Assembly: GCA_043228905.1 (NCBI GenBank) | Contig: JBHGNT010000011.1 | Span: 6,882,001-6,946,000 of the forward strand | Direction: 5' to 3' | DNA length: 64,000 nt | Source of the DNA: Azolla caroliniana | Taxonomy: Eukaryota > Plantae > Polypodiophyta | In this document: positions 27,261 to 40,081 of the stretch, in pieces | Position numbering within the stretch: position 1 is the first letter of the stretch | Layout: the number at the start of each line of letters is the position of its first letter | The notes under the pieces: generated by a model | Seen by the model: only the letters and a program-made list of their open reading frames with translations | Databases searched by the model: none | Told to the model about the DNA's origin: nothing | Translations under genes and position numbers: made by a program

Positions 27261-30200
27261 ATGTTGGTGTTGGTTAAAGTATAGTATAGTGGTGAGTACT
27301 AGTTCGGATCATGTACCGTAATGTCGAAAACATGGCCCGGTGTCGTCGCCAATACATGGTACGTGACGATGTTCGTCCGCATATGAACTGGAATACCCAT
27401 GTGTGCACTCGGACGAGATCTTGGTTATATAGTCCATCCCTCGCGGACGACCCACTTTACGCCCCTAAGTGTTTTAAGGGGATAGAGAATGCAACATACC
27501 CAGAAAGAATGCCCTCGAAGATGACTTGACATTTGCCACGCCTTTCGCTCTGGTTCCGGGGATCGAACCCGGGTCACCCGCGTGACAGGCGAGAACACTC
27601 ACCAATATACTACAACGACATGTTGGTGTTGGAGGAAGTGTACTATAGTGGTGAGTACTACTTGTTTGGAGTATGGACCCTCTCTCGTTAACAAGCCATT
27701 CCGCATATGAACTCCAACACCCAGGTGTGCACCCGGACTGCCTCATGCTAGTATGGACCCTCTCTCATTCACAACCCATTATACACCCCCAAGCATTTGA
27801 AAGTGATAGAGAATCGAACGGAGCGAGCAACAATGCCCTAGAAGTTGATAGGAGATTTGCCCCGTCCTTCACGCCGTTGCCGGGGATCGAACCCGGGTCA
27901 CCCGCGTGAGAGGGGAGAATACTCACCACTATACTACAACGACATGTTGGTGTTGGTGAAAATATAGTATAGTGATGAGTAATAGTTCGGATCATGTACC
28001 GGAATGTCGAAAACATGGCCCGGTGTCGTCACCAATACATGGTACGTGACGATGTTCGTCCGCATATGAACTGGAATACCCATGTGTGCAATCGGACGAG
28101 ATCATGGTAATATAGTCCCTCCCTCGCTGACGACCCACTATACGCCGCTAAGTGTTTTAAAGGGATAGAGAATCCAACGGACCGAGAAAGAATGCCCTCG
28201 AAGATGACATGAGATTTGCCACGCCTTTCACGTCGTTGCCGGGGATCGAACCCGGGTCACCCGCGTGACAGGCGGGAATACTCACCACTATACTACAACG
28301 ACATGTTGGGGTTGGAGGAAGATTAGTATAGTGGTGAGTACTACTTGTTTGGAGTAGGGACCCTCTCTCATTAACAAGCCATTCGGCATATGTACTGTAA
28401 TTCCCAGGTGTGCAGTCGGACTGCCTCATGGTGGTATGGACCCTCTCTCCTTTACAACCCACTGTACGCCCCCAAGCGTTTGAAAGTGATAGAGAATCCA
28501 ATGGAGCGAGCAACAATGTCCTAGAAGATGACAGGAGATTTGCCCCGTCCTTCACGCCATTTCCAGGGATTGAACCCGGGTCACCCCCGTGACACGCGGG
28601 AATACTCACCACTATACTACGACATGTTGGTGTTGGTGAAAGTATAGTATAGTGGTGAGTAGTAGTTCGGATCATGTACCGGAATGTCGAAAACATGGCC
28701 CGGTGTCGTTGCCAATACATGGTACGTGACGATGTTCGTCCGCATATGAACTGGAATACCCATGTGTGCACTCGGACGAGATCATGGTAATATAGTCCCT
28801 CCCTCGCTGACGACCCACTTTACGCCCCTAAGTGTTTTAAGGGGATAGAGAATCCAACATACCGAGAAAGAATGCCCTTGAAGATGACATGAGATTTGCC
28901 ACGTCTTTTGCTCTGGTTCCGTGGATCGAACCCGGGTCACCCGCGTGACAGGCGGGAATACTCACCACTATACTATAACGACAAGTCGGTGTTGGAGAAA
29001 GTATCCTTTCTCTACTACTTGTTCAGATCATGTACCGGAATGTCGAAAACATGGCTCGGTTTCGTCGCCAATGCATGTTATGTGACAATGTTCGTTCGCA
29101 TATGAACTGGAATACCGATGTGTGCAGTCGGACATGATCATGGTATTATATCCCCTCCCTCGCTGACGACCCATTGTACGCCCCTAAGTGTTTTAAAAGG
29201 ATAGAGAATCCAACGGAATGAGATTTGCCACGCCTTTCACTCCGTTGCCGGGGATCGAACTCGGGTCACCCGCGTGACAGGAGAGAATACTCAGCGCTAT
29301 ACTACAACGACATGTTGGTGGTGGAGGAAGTGTAGTATAGTGGTGAGTACTACTTGTTCGGAGTATGGACCCTCTCTCGTTGACAACTCACTCCGCTTAT
29401 GAACTGCAATATCCATGTGTGCTCTCAGACTAGATTATGGTAGTATGGACCCTCTCTTGTTGACAACCCACTGTACGCCCCCAATTGTTTGAAAGGTGTT
29501 GAGAGACAAGCTCAACATCGGCGGGATCGGCTGAAGAAGCCGAGGACCGGATCGGTTGGGACTGATCGGTTAGGCTGAATGCGTAAACTGGTACGCAGAC
29601 CGATGCGTATGTAGGGCCGGATCGGTGCGTAAACCGGGACGCTGTTAGGAAAGATATTCCGTGAGGAATATATTTGGGAGTTAGTGTAGGAGTTCTCAAT
29701 GAGCATTGAAGTATTGTCAGTACTTCGGTGAGTCCTTCTAGGACTTGTATAAAAGTGTTCATTGATCACACATATGTATAGAGTCGAGAATAGAGGTTGA
29801 ATATAGTTCTTGTGTTTTCTCTCACTCTCTCTCTGTCTCTCCTGCGTATACTGCGTAAGCTCAAGCTCTCCATTAAACCTGAGTTTTCTTCCTCTTCCTT
29901 CTGGTCTTCATACTTGCTTCGGCACGTTATTTTTACATGGTATCAGAGCGCGAGGGTTGAGAACCTCTCTGCAGCCGACAGAGCTTGACGAAGAAGAACA
30001 AGAAGAACGATGGATAGAGGCATGGCGAGCTCGCTTCCAACAGAGAAGCTCGACAGAACCAACTACGTGTCTTGGTCTTACAAGATGCACCAATACCTGC
30101 TCGGGCACGGCTACTGGAGTTATGTTGAAGGAGCTAATGACGCGGCACCCGAATCGACACACAGAGACTTCCCGTCGTGGGAGCAATCAGCGAGCAGGGT

Positions 30201-30299
30201 ATTATACTGCTTCGCATCGTGTGTGGGCAAACAACTATTGAGCTATGTTCGGGATGCAAAGACGCTGAAGGCTGCGTGGGAAAATCTGAATAAGATTTT

Positions 30300-33200
30300 T
30301 GTTGTCTGCCTGGCCGGACTGGCCTCAACACAGGTGTCTATCCGACACTTCTCCAAAGGGGTGGTAAGGATTGGATGCTAGGTTACACGCGTAAGATGAT
30401 TACACTAAGCACAGACGGTAAAACAATACAAAGATGAAGATAAACACGCAATAATTATATTTGAATTACTTCCGTAAAGCATTTACAAATCATTGGATCC
30501 TTTTATAGGCTTCTGGCAAGGTTATAATCGGTGCGCTTAGGCAACCGGCATCCAAATCGGGACGGATCCGGATCTGGATCCGTCCCTCCGAATAATAATT
30601 ATACTATTATTTACTTCCTATTATCCGATCCGACTCCGCCTTCCCACTTGTCCTTGCTCTTCTGACCGGTCAACACATGGCACGCCCGTGGGAAAGTGCC
30701 TTACACTTCGAATCCACTCCCGGCCTCATTCTTCCTCCAAAATATCGAGCACACTCCGCTCGAAGGTGTCAAGTGGTGCTTCTTCCTCCAATTCCTGTTC
30801 CTTGCCTGCCTGGTCTCCGACCTCCGGTTGGTTTGGCTGTTTCGTAAAAATTTGCTGCTTCGGCTCTGCTTGATTCTGTGGTGCCGGTGCTTCCTCATCA
30901 CTCCGTCCGGGTTCTTCCTGTTCTTCCTCCGTTCCAGGCTCTGTTCTGTTACCAGTGTCGCTTTCTCCGGTCTCGACTGGTCGGTTCGGTGCGCCTTCTT
31001 CCTCTGCTCCGGTGTTTTCTGGTCTCAGCTCTTCGTCTTCCCCGACATCGGTCGGCACCTGCTCTTCTTGATTTTTTTGGAACGGAAGTTCTTCTTCGGG
31101 TATTCCTTGTCGGGGTTGTTCGGTGTCGGTTGGTTCAGCTTCAGCCGGTCGCTCTCCCTCACTCATAGTGATTGGCGTCGTTCTTCCCTTGGCTTCCTGT
31201 CGTAACCGGTCCTGCTCGTATTTCTCCAACTCCAACTGAGTTGCGAGCTGCCCGTCATCCAACCTCTCTACCAACCCTCGGATTTCTTTGAGATGTTCTT
31301 CCGCTAAAGCGTAGAAAACCTCCGACAATTCTTCCCGAATGGCGACGATACTTTCTTCATCCATCTTGTAGAACTTGTCACCGGTCTTCCTCCGATTCTC
31401 GGCATCAGCTCGGAGTGTCTGCAGCTCGGCTGCCTGTTGTGACCACTCCTTCCATAGCTTTTCCGTACTTTCGTTGATGCTTCCCTGAGCTCGGGTACTC
31501 CAACATGACATGATGAGCTTGATCCGGTCACCCCCGCCTTAGCATGCGCATAAGCTTCTTGCTTTTCCTTCCTTGCCCGTTTTATAATGTTGGCCATTAT
31601 CTGAGCCTGGGCTTCGTAATCCGCTTTTTTCTTTTCATAGGCACTTTGCAGCTTGTTGATCGTGAAGGTCGATCTTTCCTTTTCTTCATTCCTGATCTTG
31701 GTCAGATCCAGCTTTTCCCGCCTTAGCACCTCTAATTCCTTCCTTCTCTCCGTCGCTTGGGTTATTTCCGCCGACAATGCTTCCATTTTGGCACTGACCT
31801 CGTCCATTGTCTTAGCCAGGTCTAATCGGGTCTCTTTCAGCTGTTCTTTCAGCTTCTCTATTTGCCGGTCGTAGTCTGCTGCCCGTTTCTTGTTGTCCGA
31901 CTCGGCCTGCTTGTGATCTCGGTAGAGTCGGTCGAAGTCCGCCGTCTTCTGCTTCAGGCTTCTGCTTACCTGAGCTCTTAACCGGTCGTCCTGGTCCTTC
32001 TGTTGTCGGAGTTCTTCCTGCAGTCGTTCTATCTCCTGCTCGGCCTGTCGACGCAGTCGGTCCTTCTCCTTTTGCAGCTTCTTTTTTTCTTCTTGCAGTC
32101 GGTTATTAGTGGCTCGGCCTTTCCGGAGGCCTTCTTCAATTTTCCGTCTGTCGACCTCCACCGCTTTCCGCTGCTCCCTTTCTTTTTCCCTTAATGCCTC
32201 CTGAGCTTTTAACTCCTCTCGTAAGGTTTCTATTATTTTTTCGGTCTCAGGGCCGGTTTGCAAGGCTACCTGCAACAACTCCCCTTGCAATTCTTGGATC
32301 TGTGTTCGGAGCGCGACCAAATCATGTGTTGTTGTATGCGTTAGGTGTTGCCTACACGTTTCTTCTTCCTCTAACTGGTCCGCTACTCGCGATACCTGCT
32401 CCGAAAGCCATCTCAGCCATTGTGGCTTTGTGCTTCCTGTGTCGGAGTAGCATTGCTCACTTCTACTCCTTATCTCAGGGTGTTTTTCCGGCCTTTTCTC
32501 TGGCTCCGGCGCTTGTTCATTCCTCTTCTCTGGAATGACCGGTTCTCTGAAGTCCGGCAAAACCAGTGTCGGTACTGCTTCCCTCGGTACGGGTTCCGGT
32601 ACTACTTCCGCCTCGGCTACTGGAGGTGGTCCTTGCGCCCGCTGCTGAGTTTTGTCAACTGGTGGAGCCGGTCCTCTCGCCCGTCTCTCCCGACCTTGTC
32701 TTGCTGGGAGTCTTACTAGTGGTTCGGATGAGTCTTCTGCTTCAGCTTCCTCCTCCGGTGCGGCTACCAGAAGGACCTTTTGTATAAAAACCTCTGGTTC
32801 CGGTTCTGGCCGTCGCAGCGTTATATTGATTGGTTTGAGCGCTACCAGTTCCTCCTCGGCCGGTTTTCCTTTACCTTTTCATGCCGGTTTTGCCTTTGTT
32901 GCCGGTTCCTGTTGCTGTCGGGATGGTCCTTCCTCCCGCTGTTCTACTTCTTTCTGGGTCTATCCGGGGGTGTGTTTCTCCAGGATATGTCGGCGCTTTG
33001 TGACCTTTTCGGCGTCGTCTCCTACCGACCTCTTTTCTTTTGTTTGATGGGGAGCAATGGTGGGACTAACACCGTTAGCCATTGTGCTATCCCGGCCCAT
33101 GGCTTTTTTCCTTCCACAAGGTTCTTGATGGCCTCCTTCAATCCTTCGGTTATGAAATGGACCCAGTCCACTTGTAATCCTTCGTACATTGCAATTAGGA

Positions 33201-35600
33201 ACGTTGCCCGGTACCTGGCTATGGCCGGGGGACGAGAATTCACGAATCCGTATTCCATCATGGCGCGGGCCACTTCTCCGAACAGCAGGTTCTCTCCGCC
33301 CTGTGTTCGGTACGCCTTGCTGCTGATGGAATACTCACCGAAATATTTGAACAGGATTTGACTTGAAGGGTTTTCGATCGTTTGAAGTCCTCCTCCTTTT
33401 ATCCCTGTGAGCGCCTGCACCGCTCCTTCCGTGATTTCTGATAAATCAATCAATGTTGTCGCCTGCTCTGGTTCTGCGTGTGGTGGAGCGTCGGCGATCC
33501 GCAACAATCCTTCTAACCCATTCTCCATCATCCATTGGCGTGCCTCTTCCGACAGTGCCATTGGTTCGAATTCTTCTTCTGCTGTCTGTTGTTCGGGATC
33601 GGGATGTGTGTGCGCTATGCGTTGGATCGCTCTTCTGTGCTTCTGCGCCTGTGTGTAGGAAAATTCGTAAAAAGTAAGTCCTTCGCAGGCCTGTATCTTA
33701 TATAGTTGCTTTTGCCTCGAGCCGCCCTTTTTCGTTTCCCGCGCATGTCTATCTCCCGCCATAATTAGTAAGTCCTTTTTTGCTTGCTGCATGTGAGTAA
33801 TACCTCGTACATCGGTGCCCACGTTCTATGCTTTAAATAGGAAGTACGCGCACGTCCTCCTTTACTTCATGGCGCCTCTTCGTTGCATGGTGGCGCTCCC
33901 ACCTCCTGTGATTTCCCCATCATTATTATGATTTTTTTTTTTTTTTTTTTTTCTGTTTGTTTGTACCACGTCATTTTCTGGTCCCCCCCGATTTGTTCGG
34001 GTCGGTTCGAGCTGATACCGGATCCTTCTGTCGGTTTTCCGGGATAGTCTTCGTCAGTATCGGTGTCGGTTCTTCCTTGGTCCGGATATCTGCAGTAGCG
34101 TCTGTCGGTGTAGGTTCCTCATCGTGCCGGATTTCCGGGTCTTGCTTGAACGGGTTGGCTGGCATATTTCCCTTATACGGCTTTAGCCGAAACCCATTTG
34201 CCCACTTACCGATGACTTCCCTAGACAACGTGCCGAGCTGATATGACCCATTGTACTCCTTGGTGATCCAGAACAGTCCGGTCCACCGAAACCACAACTT
34301 TCCCGGCATGTTCCCCATCCGTGTCTAGAACAGTAGCACCGGTTTCCTGACTTCGAACTCCTTTTCGTTGCCACGCCGGTGTCGGTCCACGAAAGCTTTT
34401 CTCCTCCTTTGGTCCAGTTCGAGTTGTAGTAAGCTGGCTATTCGGTTTTCTTCTAATTCCAACAACGTCGCCAGCCGGATTCGTTCGGACTCCTTCTCAC
34501 TTAAGCGCTCCTTTACCTGGATCCGTAAGCTGGGGATCTGGAACTCTACCGGCATGACCGCTTCTAAACCGAATGCTAGTCGGAACGGGGTTTTCCGGAT
34601 GCTGGTTTTGTACGTTGTTCGGTACGCCCATAGCGCGCTCTGCAATTTCGTATCCCAGTCGGTCCGGTTCTCGTTGACAATTTTTCGTAGGATGTTCTGC
34701 AGAGTTTTGTTCGTCGATTCCGCTAGTCCATTGGCTTGAGGGTAGTAGGGAGTACTCCTTTTATGTACCACCGCGTAAAATGACGTCAGGCTTTCTACTA
34801 CCTGCCCGAGAAAGTGTCCTCCTTGGTCACTTATAAGCTCGATCGGGCATCCATACCGGCACCATATGCACTCGTACAGGAACTTTGCCGTGGACGCGGC
34901 CGTGTTGTCCCGTAAGGCCACCGGCGAGCGTCTGTAGTATCGTTTCCGCCTCTTGCAGGCTTGTTATGCTACTGCCTTCGTCGGGGACATGCAGAACCCG
35001 GAACTGCAGTGCTTCTTCTGCGACTCTTCGAAGAGTTCTGGAGAATGACCGATCTCGCCGAATCTCGTCGACGGCTTGCTGCAGGGCTTCCCGTCTTTGC
35101 TCGCCTTCGTTGTATCGTCTCCCTCGTTCGGTGATGTGGTCATCGTTTGGTCTAGACATCCATCCCCCGGTTGTCCTCTGCACTTTGCAGGAATCGTGGT
35201 CGCCAAAATAGTGTTGTCTGCCTGGCTGGACTAGCCTCAACACAGGTGTCTATCCGACACTTCTCCAAAGGGGTGGTAAGGATTGGATGCTAGGTTACAC
35301 GCGTAAGATGATTACACTAAGCACAGATGGTAAAACAATACAAAGATGAAGATAAACACGCAATAATTATATTTGTATTACTTCCATAAAGCATTTACAA
35401 ATCATCGGATCCTTTTATAGGCATCCGGCAAGGTTACAATCGATGGGCTTAGGCAACCGGCATCCGAATCGGTCCGGATCCGGATCGGTACAACTGTACC
35501 GGATCCGTCCCTCCGAATAATAATTATACTATTATTTAGTTCCTATTATCCGATCCGACTCCGCCTTCCCACTTGTCCTTGCTCTTCTGACCGGTCAACA
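30300..35600 (-). mobile_element. Gypsy family A copy A3, internally deleted, nested in gag of copia B
   Basis: LTRs 35212-35600 (5') and 30300-30675 (3'), TSD ATTTT (30295-30299 / 35601-35605); gag N-terminus joined to integrase core at ~34920. Confidence 0.95.
30726..33762 (-). pseudogene. Extra ORF of gypsy copy A3 (frameshifted)
   Basis: ORFs 33022-33822, 31304-32560 and 30726-31511 are homologous to 12788-15904. Confidence 0.85.
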
Positions 35601-38600
35601 ATTTTCGCCGCGAGCACCACAGCTAGGAAGCTTCAGCTCCGACAGGAGTTGAGCAACCTACGACAACGCGACTTGTCGGTGGCGGACTATACCTCGAAGA
35701 TCAAGGATATCTACGCCTCGCTCGCCTCCATAGAGGTCAACATCGAGGAGAGAGAGATGGTCCAGATCTGTCTTGGAGGTTTGGCGTCGAATTTCGGAGC
35801 GTTCCGAACGGCTGTGTGTAACCGAGAAAATACGCCATCCTTTTTCGACTTACAGTCAATGCTCCTAGTAGAGGAGAACCACGCGGGTGCATCTAGAAGC
35901 ACGCACACCGACAACAGAATGTTGTACACGGAGGGAGATAGGCCCCGTGGACGTGGAGGACGAGGCGAGCTAACACAGAAGCGGCTAAAGACGCGAATTG
36001 GCGTGCCGCGATGGAGGAAGAGATGCACGTATTGGCAGAGAACGAGACTTGGGACCTAGTTAACGCACCAAAAGGGGTTAAACCGATCCGGTGTATGTGG
36101 GTGTACAAGGTCAAGTACAACACCAATGGCTCGGTCAATCGGTACGAGGCTCGGCTAGTGGCAAAGGGCTACGCGCAAAAACACGGCATCGACTACGATG
36201 AGACGTTTGCGCCGGTCGCGAAAATGACGACCGTCCGTGTTTTGCTCGCAGTAGTTGCGATGAAGGGGTGGCACTTACATCAGATAGATGTAAAGAATAC
36301 GTCCTTGCAAGGTGACCTTGAGGAACAGGTGTACATGGTACAGTCCCCCGGATTTCACTCCGGAACGTACTCCTTGGTAGTATGCCGACTGAAGAAGTCC
36401 CTTTACGGACTGAAGCAAGCCCCGCGTGCCTGGAACGCGAAGATCACACAACAACTGCGTCGGATGGGCTTCGTCACGTCAAAATCAGACTCTTCCCTGT
36501 TCATCCGGAAAGGTCGACTTGGACCGGTTAGTATTTTACTATATGTTGATGACTTGGTCATCACCAGCGCCGACCTCGGTGAAATCGACCGCGTGCAGGT
36601 CCAGCTTGCGGGACCTTCATTATTTCCTAGGGATCGAAGTCATCCGTACCCCCGAAGGCATATTGATCAGCCAACGTCATTACGTTCTGAGTATGCTCTT
36701 CAAATTGAGGATGGCCGACTGTAAGTCCGTCTCGACTCCCCTGGACAGAACTGTCAAGCTTCATCCCGATACGGGAAAGGCATGCGACCCGAAGAGGTTC
36801 CGACATATTGTCGGAAGCCTCATATACTTGACCATCACCCGACCCGACCTCTGTTATCCGGTCGGAGTGATCAGTCAGTTCATGGCGCGACCTACCGAGG
36901 AGCACCTTTAGTGTGCGCAACGCATACTTCGGTATGTCAATGGCACTAAGGACCGGGGACTGCTATATCGAACCGATGCAGCCGCGCAGTTAGTCGGCTA
37001 CACCGACGCTGATTCGGCTGGCAACGCCGCCGATCGCCGATCCACGTCCGGATACGCGTTCTCTCTCGGGAGTGCCGCGATCGCGTGGAGCAGTAAGAAG
37101 CAGCCGACAGTTGCACTGTCGAGCACCGAAGCTGAGTACCGAGGAGCGGTTGTCGCGACATGCGAGGCCATATGGTTGAAACGGCTACTTAAGGACCTGA
37201 GGGAGGAGGTGTCAGATCCGACGACGATCTACTGCGACAACCTCAGCAACATCCAGCTCGCGAAAAACCCCGTTTTCCATGCACGGACCAAGCACATTGA
37301 GGGCACTACCATTTCATCCGTGAGCGTGTCCTTTCCGGTGAGGTTGAACTTCACTACGTTCCGACGGATCGGCAGACTACCGACATCTTCACAAAGCCTC
37401 TTGGTCTCGACAAGTTGCGGCAATTCTCAGGTGCGCTCCGATTGCGTCACCTCGACGTGCCAAACTTGAGGGGGAGAACAGTCCCAAATGACCAAACAAG
37501 GCAGCAGGAAAGGAGCGGAGACCGCGACACCGAGTCAGTTGTCGAGTTCGACTTCAGATCGGCTGAAGAAGCCGAGGGCAGACCCGCGGAAAAGTCCGGA
37601 AGCGGACAGAAGGGGAGCAGCCAAAGGAGAAAGCTGAAGCCAACCATGCATGGGGAAGATGACGCCATCGAGGGCGAGAAGACCGAAGACGAGTTGGAGA
37701 CAACCAACTCGGACGAGAGCGAAAACTGATCGGAGGTAGCCGCGTCGGTTCGGATGTTTGATTCAGATACGCTGAATCAACCGAGGCCCAAGCGGAAGAA
37801 AAGGAAGCAGGAGAAGCGTCAACACTGCAACAACAGAAGAGCTGATTAGGGCCACGTGAGCAGACAAGCCGACCGGAAGGGTAGAAGCGCGCGGAGTCGA
37901 ATAGGTCGAGGAGCGCAAGCGAGGCGTGAAGCCAGGAGGAACCGAAGCTGTGAGCCCAAAGATCCAGAAGAGCCTCAAGTTGAGCTTCAAGGGGAGTGTT
38001 GAGAGACAAGCTCAACATCGGCCGGATCGGCTGAAGAAGCCGAGGAACAGATCGGTTGGGAACAATCGGTTAGGCCGAATGCGTAAACCGATACGCAAAC
38101 TGGTGCGTAGGTAGGGCCGGATCGGTGCGTAAACCGGGAGGCCGTTAGGAAAGATATTCCGTGAGGAATATATTTGGGAGTTAGTGTAGGAGTTCTCAAT
38201 GAGCATTGAAGTACTGTCAGTACTTCGGTCAGTCCTTCTAGAAATTGTATAAAAGTGTTCATTGAACACACATATGTATAGAGTCGAGAATAGAGGTTGA
38301 ATATAGTTCTTGTGTTTTCTCTCACTCTCTCTCTGTCTCTCCCGCGTATACTGCGTAAGCTCAAGCTCTCCATTAAACTTGAGTTTCCTTCCTTCTGTTC
38401 GGTCTTCATCCTTGCTTCCGCACATTATTTTTACAAAAGGGATAGAGAATCCAACGGAGCGAGCAACAATGCCCTAGAAGATGACAGGAGATTTGCCCCG
38501 TCCTTCACGCCGTTGTCGGGGATCGAACCCAGGTCACCCGCATGACAGGCGGGAATACTCACCACTATACTACAACGACATGTCGGTGTTGGAGAAAGTA

Positions 38601-39590
38601 TCCTCTGTACTACTTGGTCGGATCATGTACCGGAATGTCGAAAACATGGCCCGGTTTCGTCGCCAATGAATGTTATGTGACGATGTTCGTCCGCATATGA
38701 ACTGGAATACCCATGTGTGCACTCGGACGAGATCATGGTAATATAGTCCCTCCCTCTCTGACGACCCACACTGTACACCCCTAAGTGTTTAAAAGGGATA
38801 GAGAATCCAACGGACCGAGAAAGAATGCCCTCGAAGATGACATGAGATTTGCCACGCTGTTGCCGGGGATCGAGCCCGGGTCACCCACGTGACAGGCGGG
38901 AATACTCACCACTATACTACAACGACATGTTGGTGTTGGAGGAAGCGTAGTATAGTGGTGAGTACTACTTGTTCGGAGTATGGACCATCTCTCGTTGACA
39001 ACCCACTCCGCATATGAACTGCAATACCCAGGTGTGCACTCGGACTGGATCATGGTAGTATGGACACTCTCTCGTTGACAACCCCCTATATGCCCCCAAG
39101 TGTTTGAAAGGGATAGAGAATCCAACAGAACAAGCAACAATGCCCTAGAAGATGACAGGAGATTCGCCTCGTCCTTCACGCCGTTGCCGGGGATCGAACC
39201 CGCGTGACAAGCGAGAATACTCACCACTATACTATAACGACATGTCGGTGTTGGAGAAAGTATCCTCTGTACTACTTGGTCGGATCATGTACCGGAATGT
39301 CGAAAACATGGCCCGGTTTCGTCGCCAATGAATGTTATGTGACGATGTTCGTCCGCATATGAACTGGAATACCCATGTCTGCACTCGGACGACATCATGG
39401 TATTATAGTCCCTCCCTCACTGAGGACCCACTGTATGCCCCTAAGTGTTGTAAAGGGATAGAGAATCGAACGGACCGAGAAAGAATGCCCTCGAAGATGA
39501 CATAAGATTTGCCACGCCTTTCGCGCCGTTGCCGGGGAACGAACCCGGATCAACCGTGTGACAGGCGGGAATACTCACCACTATACTATA

Positions 39591-39684
39591 GGTTGAATCG
39601 CAATATGAAGGCTCAGGAACCTCTTTGCATTCCTACGATAATCATCAAATAAGAAAATCTAGAGAAGGGTATATCCCTTGTATG
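39591..39684. other. ~94 bp unrelated insertion replacing the tRNA 5' end and leader
   Basis: No similarity seen to the array or to elements in the window. Confidence 0.7.
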
Positions 39685-40081
39685 TCATGTACCGGAATGT
39701 CGAAAACATGGCCCGGTGTCGTCGCCAATACATGGTACGTGACGATGTTCGTTCCCATATGAACTGGAATACCCATGTGTGCACTTGGACTAGATCATGG
39801 TAATATGTACCCTGCCTCACTGACGACCCACTGTATGCCCCCAAGTCTTCGTAAGGGGTATAAAATCTGGCGGTAACAGAAAGAATGGCCTAGAAGATGA
39901 TAGGAGATTGGCCCCGTCCTTCACACCGTTGTCGGGATCGAACCCGGGTCACCCGCGTGACAGGGGGGAATACTCACCACTATACTACAACGACATGTCG
40001 GTGTTGGACAAAGTATCCTCTGTACTACTGGCTCGGACCATGTACTGGAATGTCGAAAACATGGCCCGGTTTCGTCGCAAA

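Larger units (their letters stand above)
16332..29496 (-). repeat. tRNA-Asp tandem array segment 2 (~39 units, includes 5-mer higher-order repeat)
   Basis: tRNA-Asp motif every 270-360 bp; near-identical ORF translations offset by 1623-1645 bp. Confidence 0.95.
29497..38435 (+). mobile_element. Ty1/copia LTR retrotransposon B (protease/integrase deleted; interrupted by gypsy A3)
   Basis: LTRs 29497-29937 and 37997-38435, TSD AAAGG (29492-29496 / 38436-38440), PBS TGGTATCAGAGC (tRNA-iMet), gag MDRGMASSLP.., RT (ARLVAKG, LYVDD), RNase H (CDN, FHARTKHIE), PPT AAGGGGAG. Confidence 0.95.
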
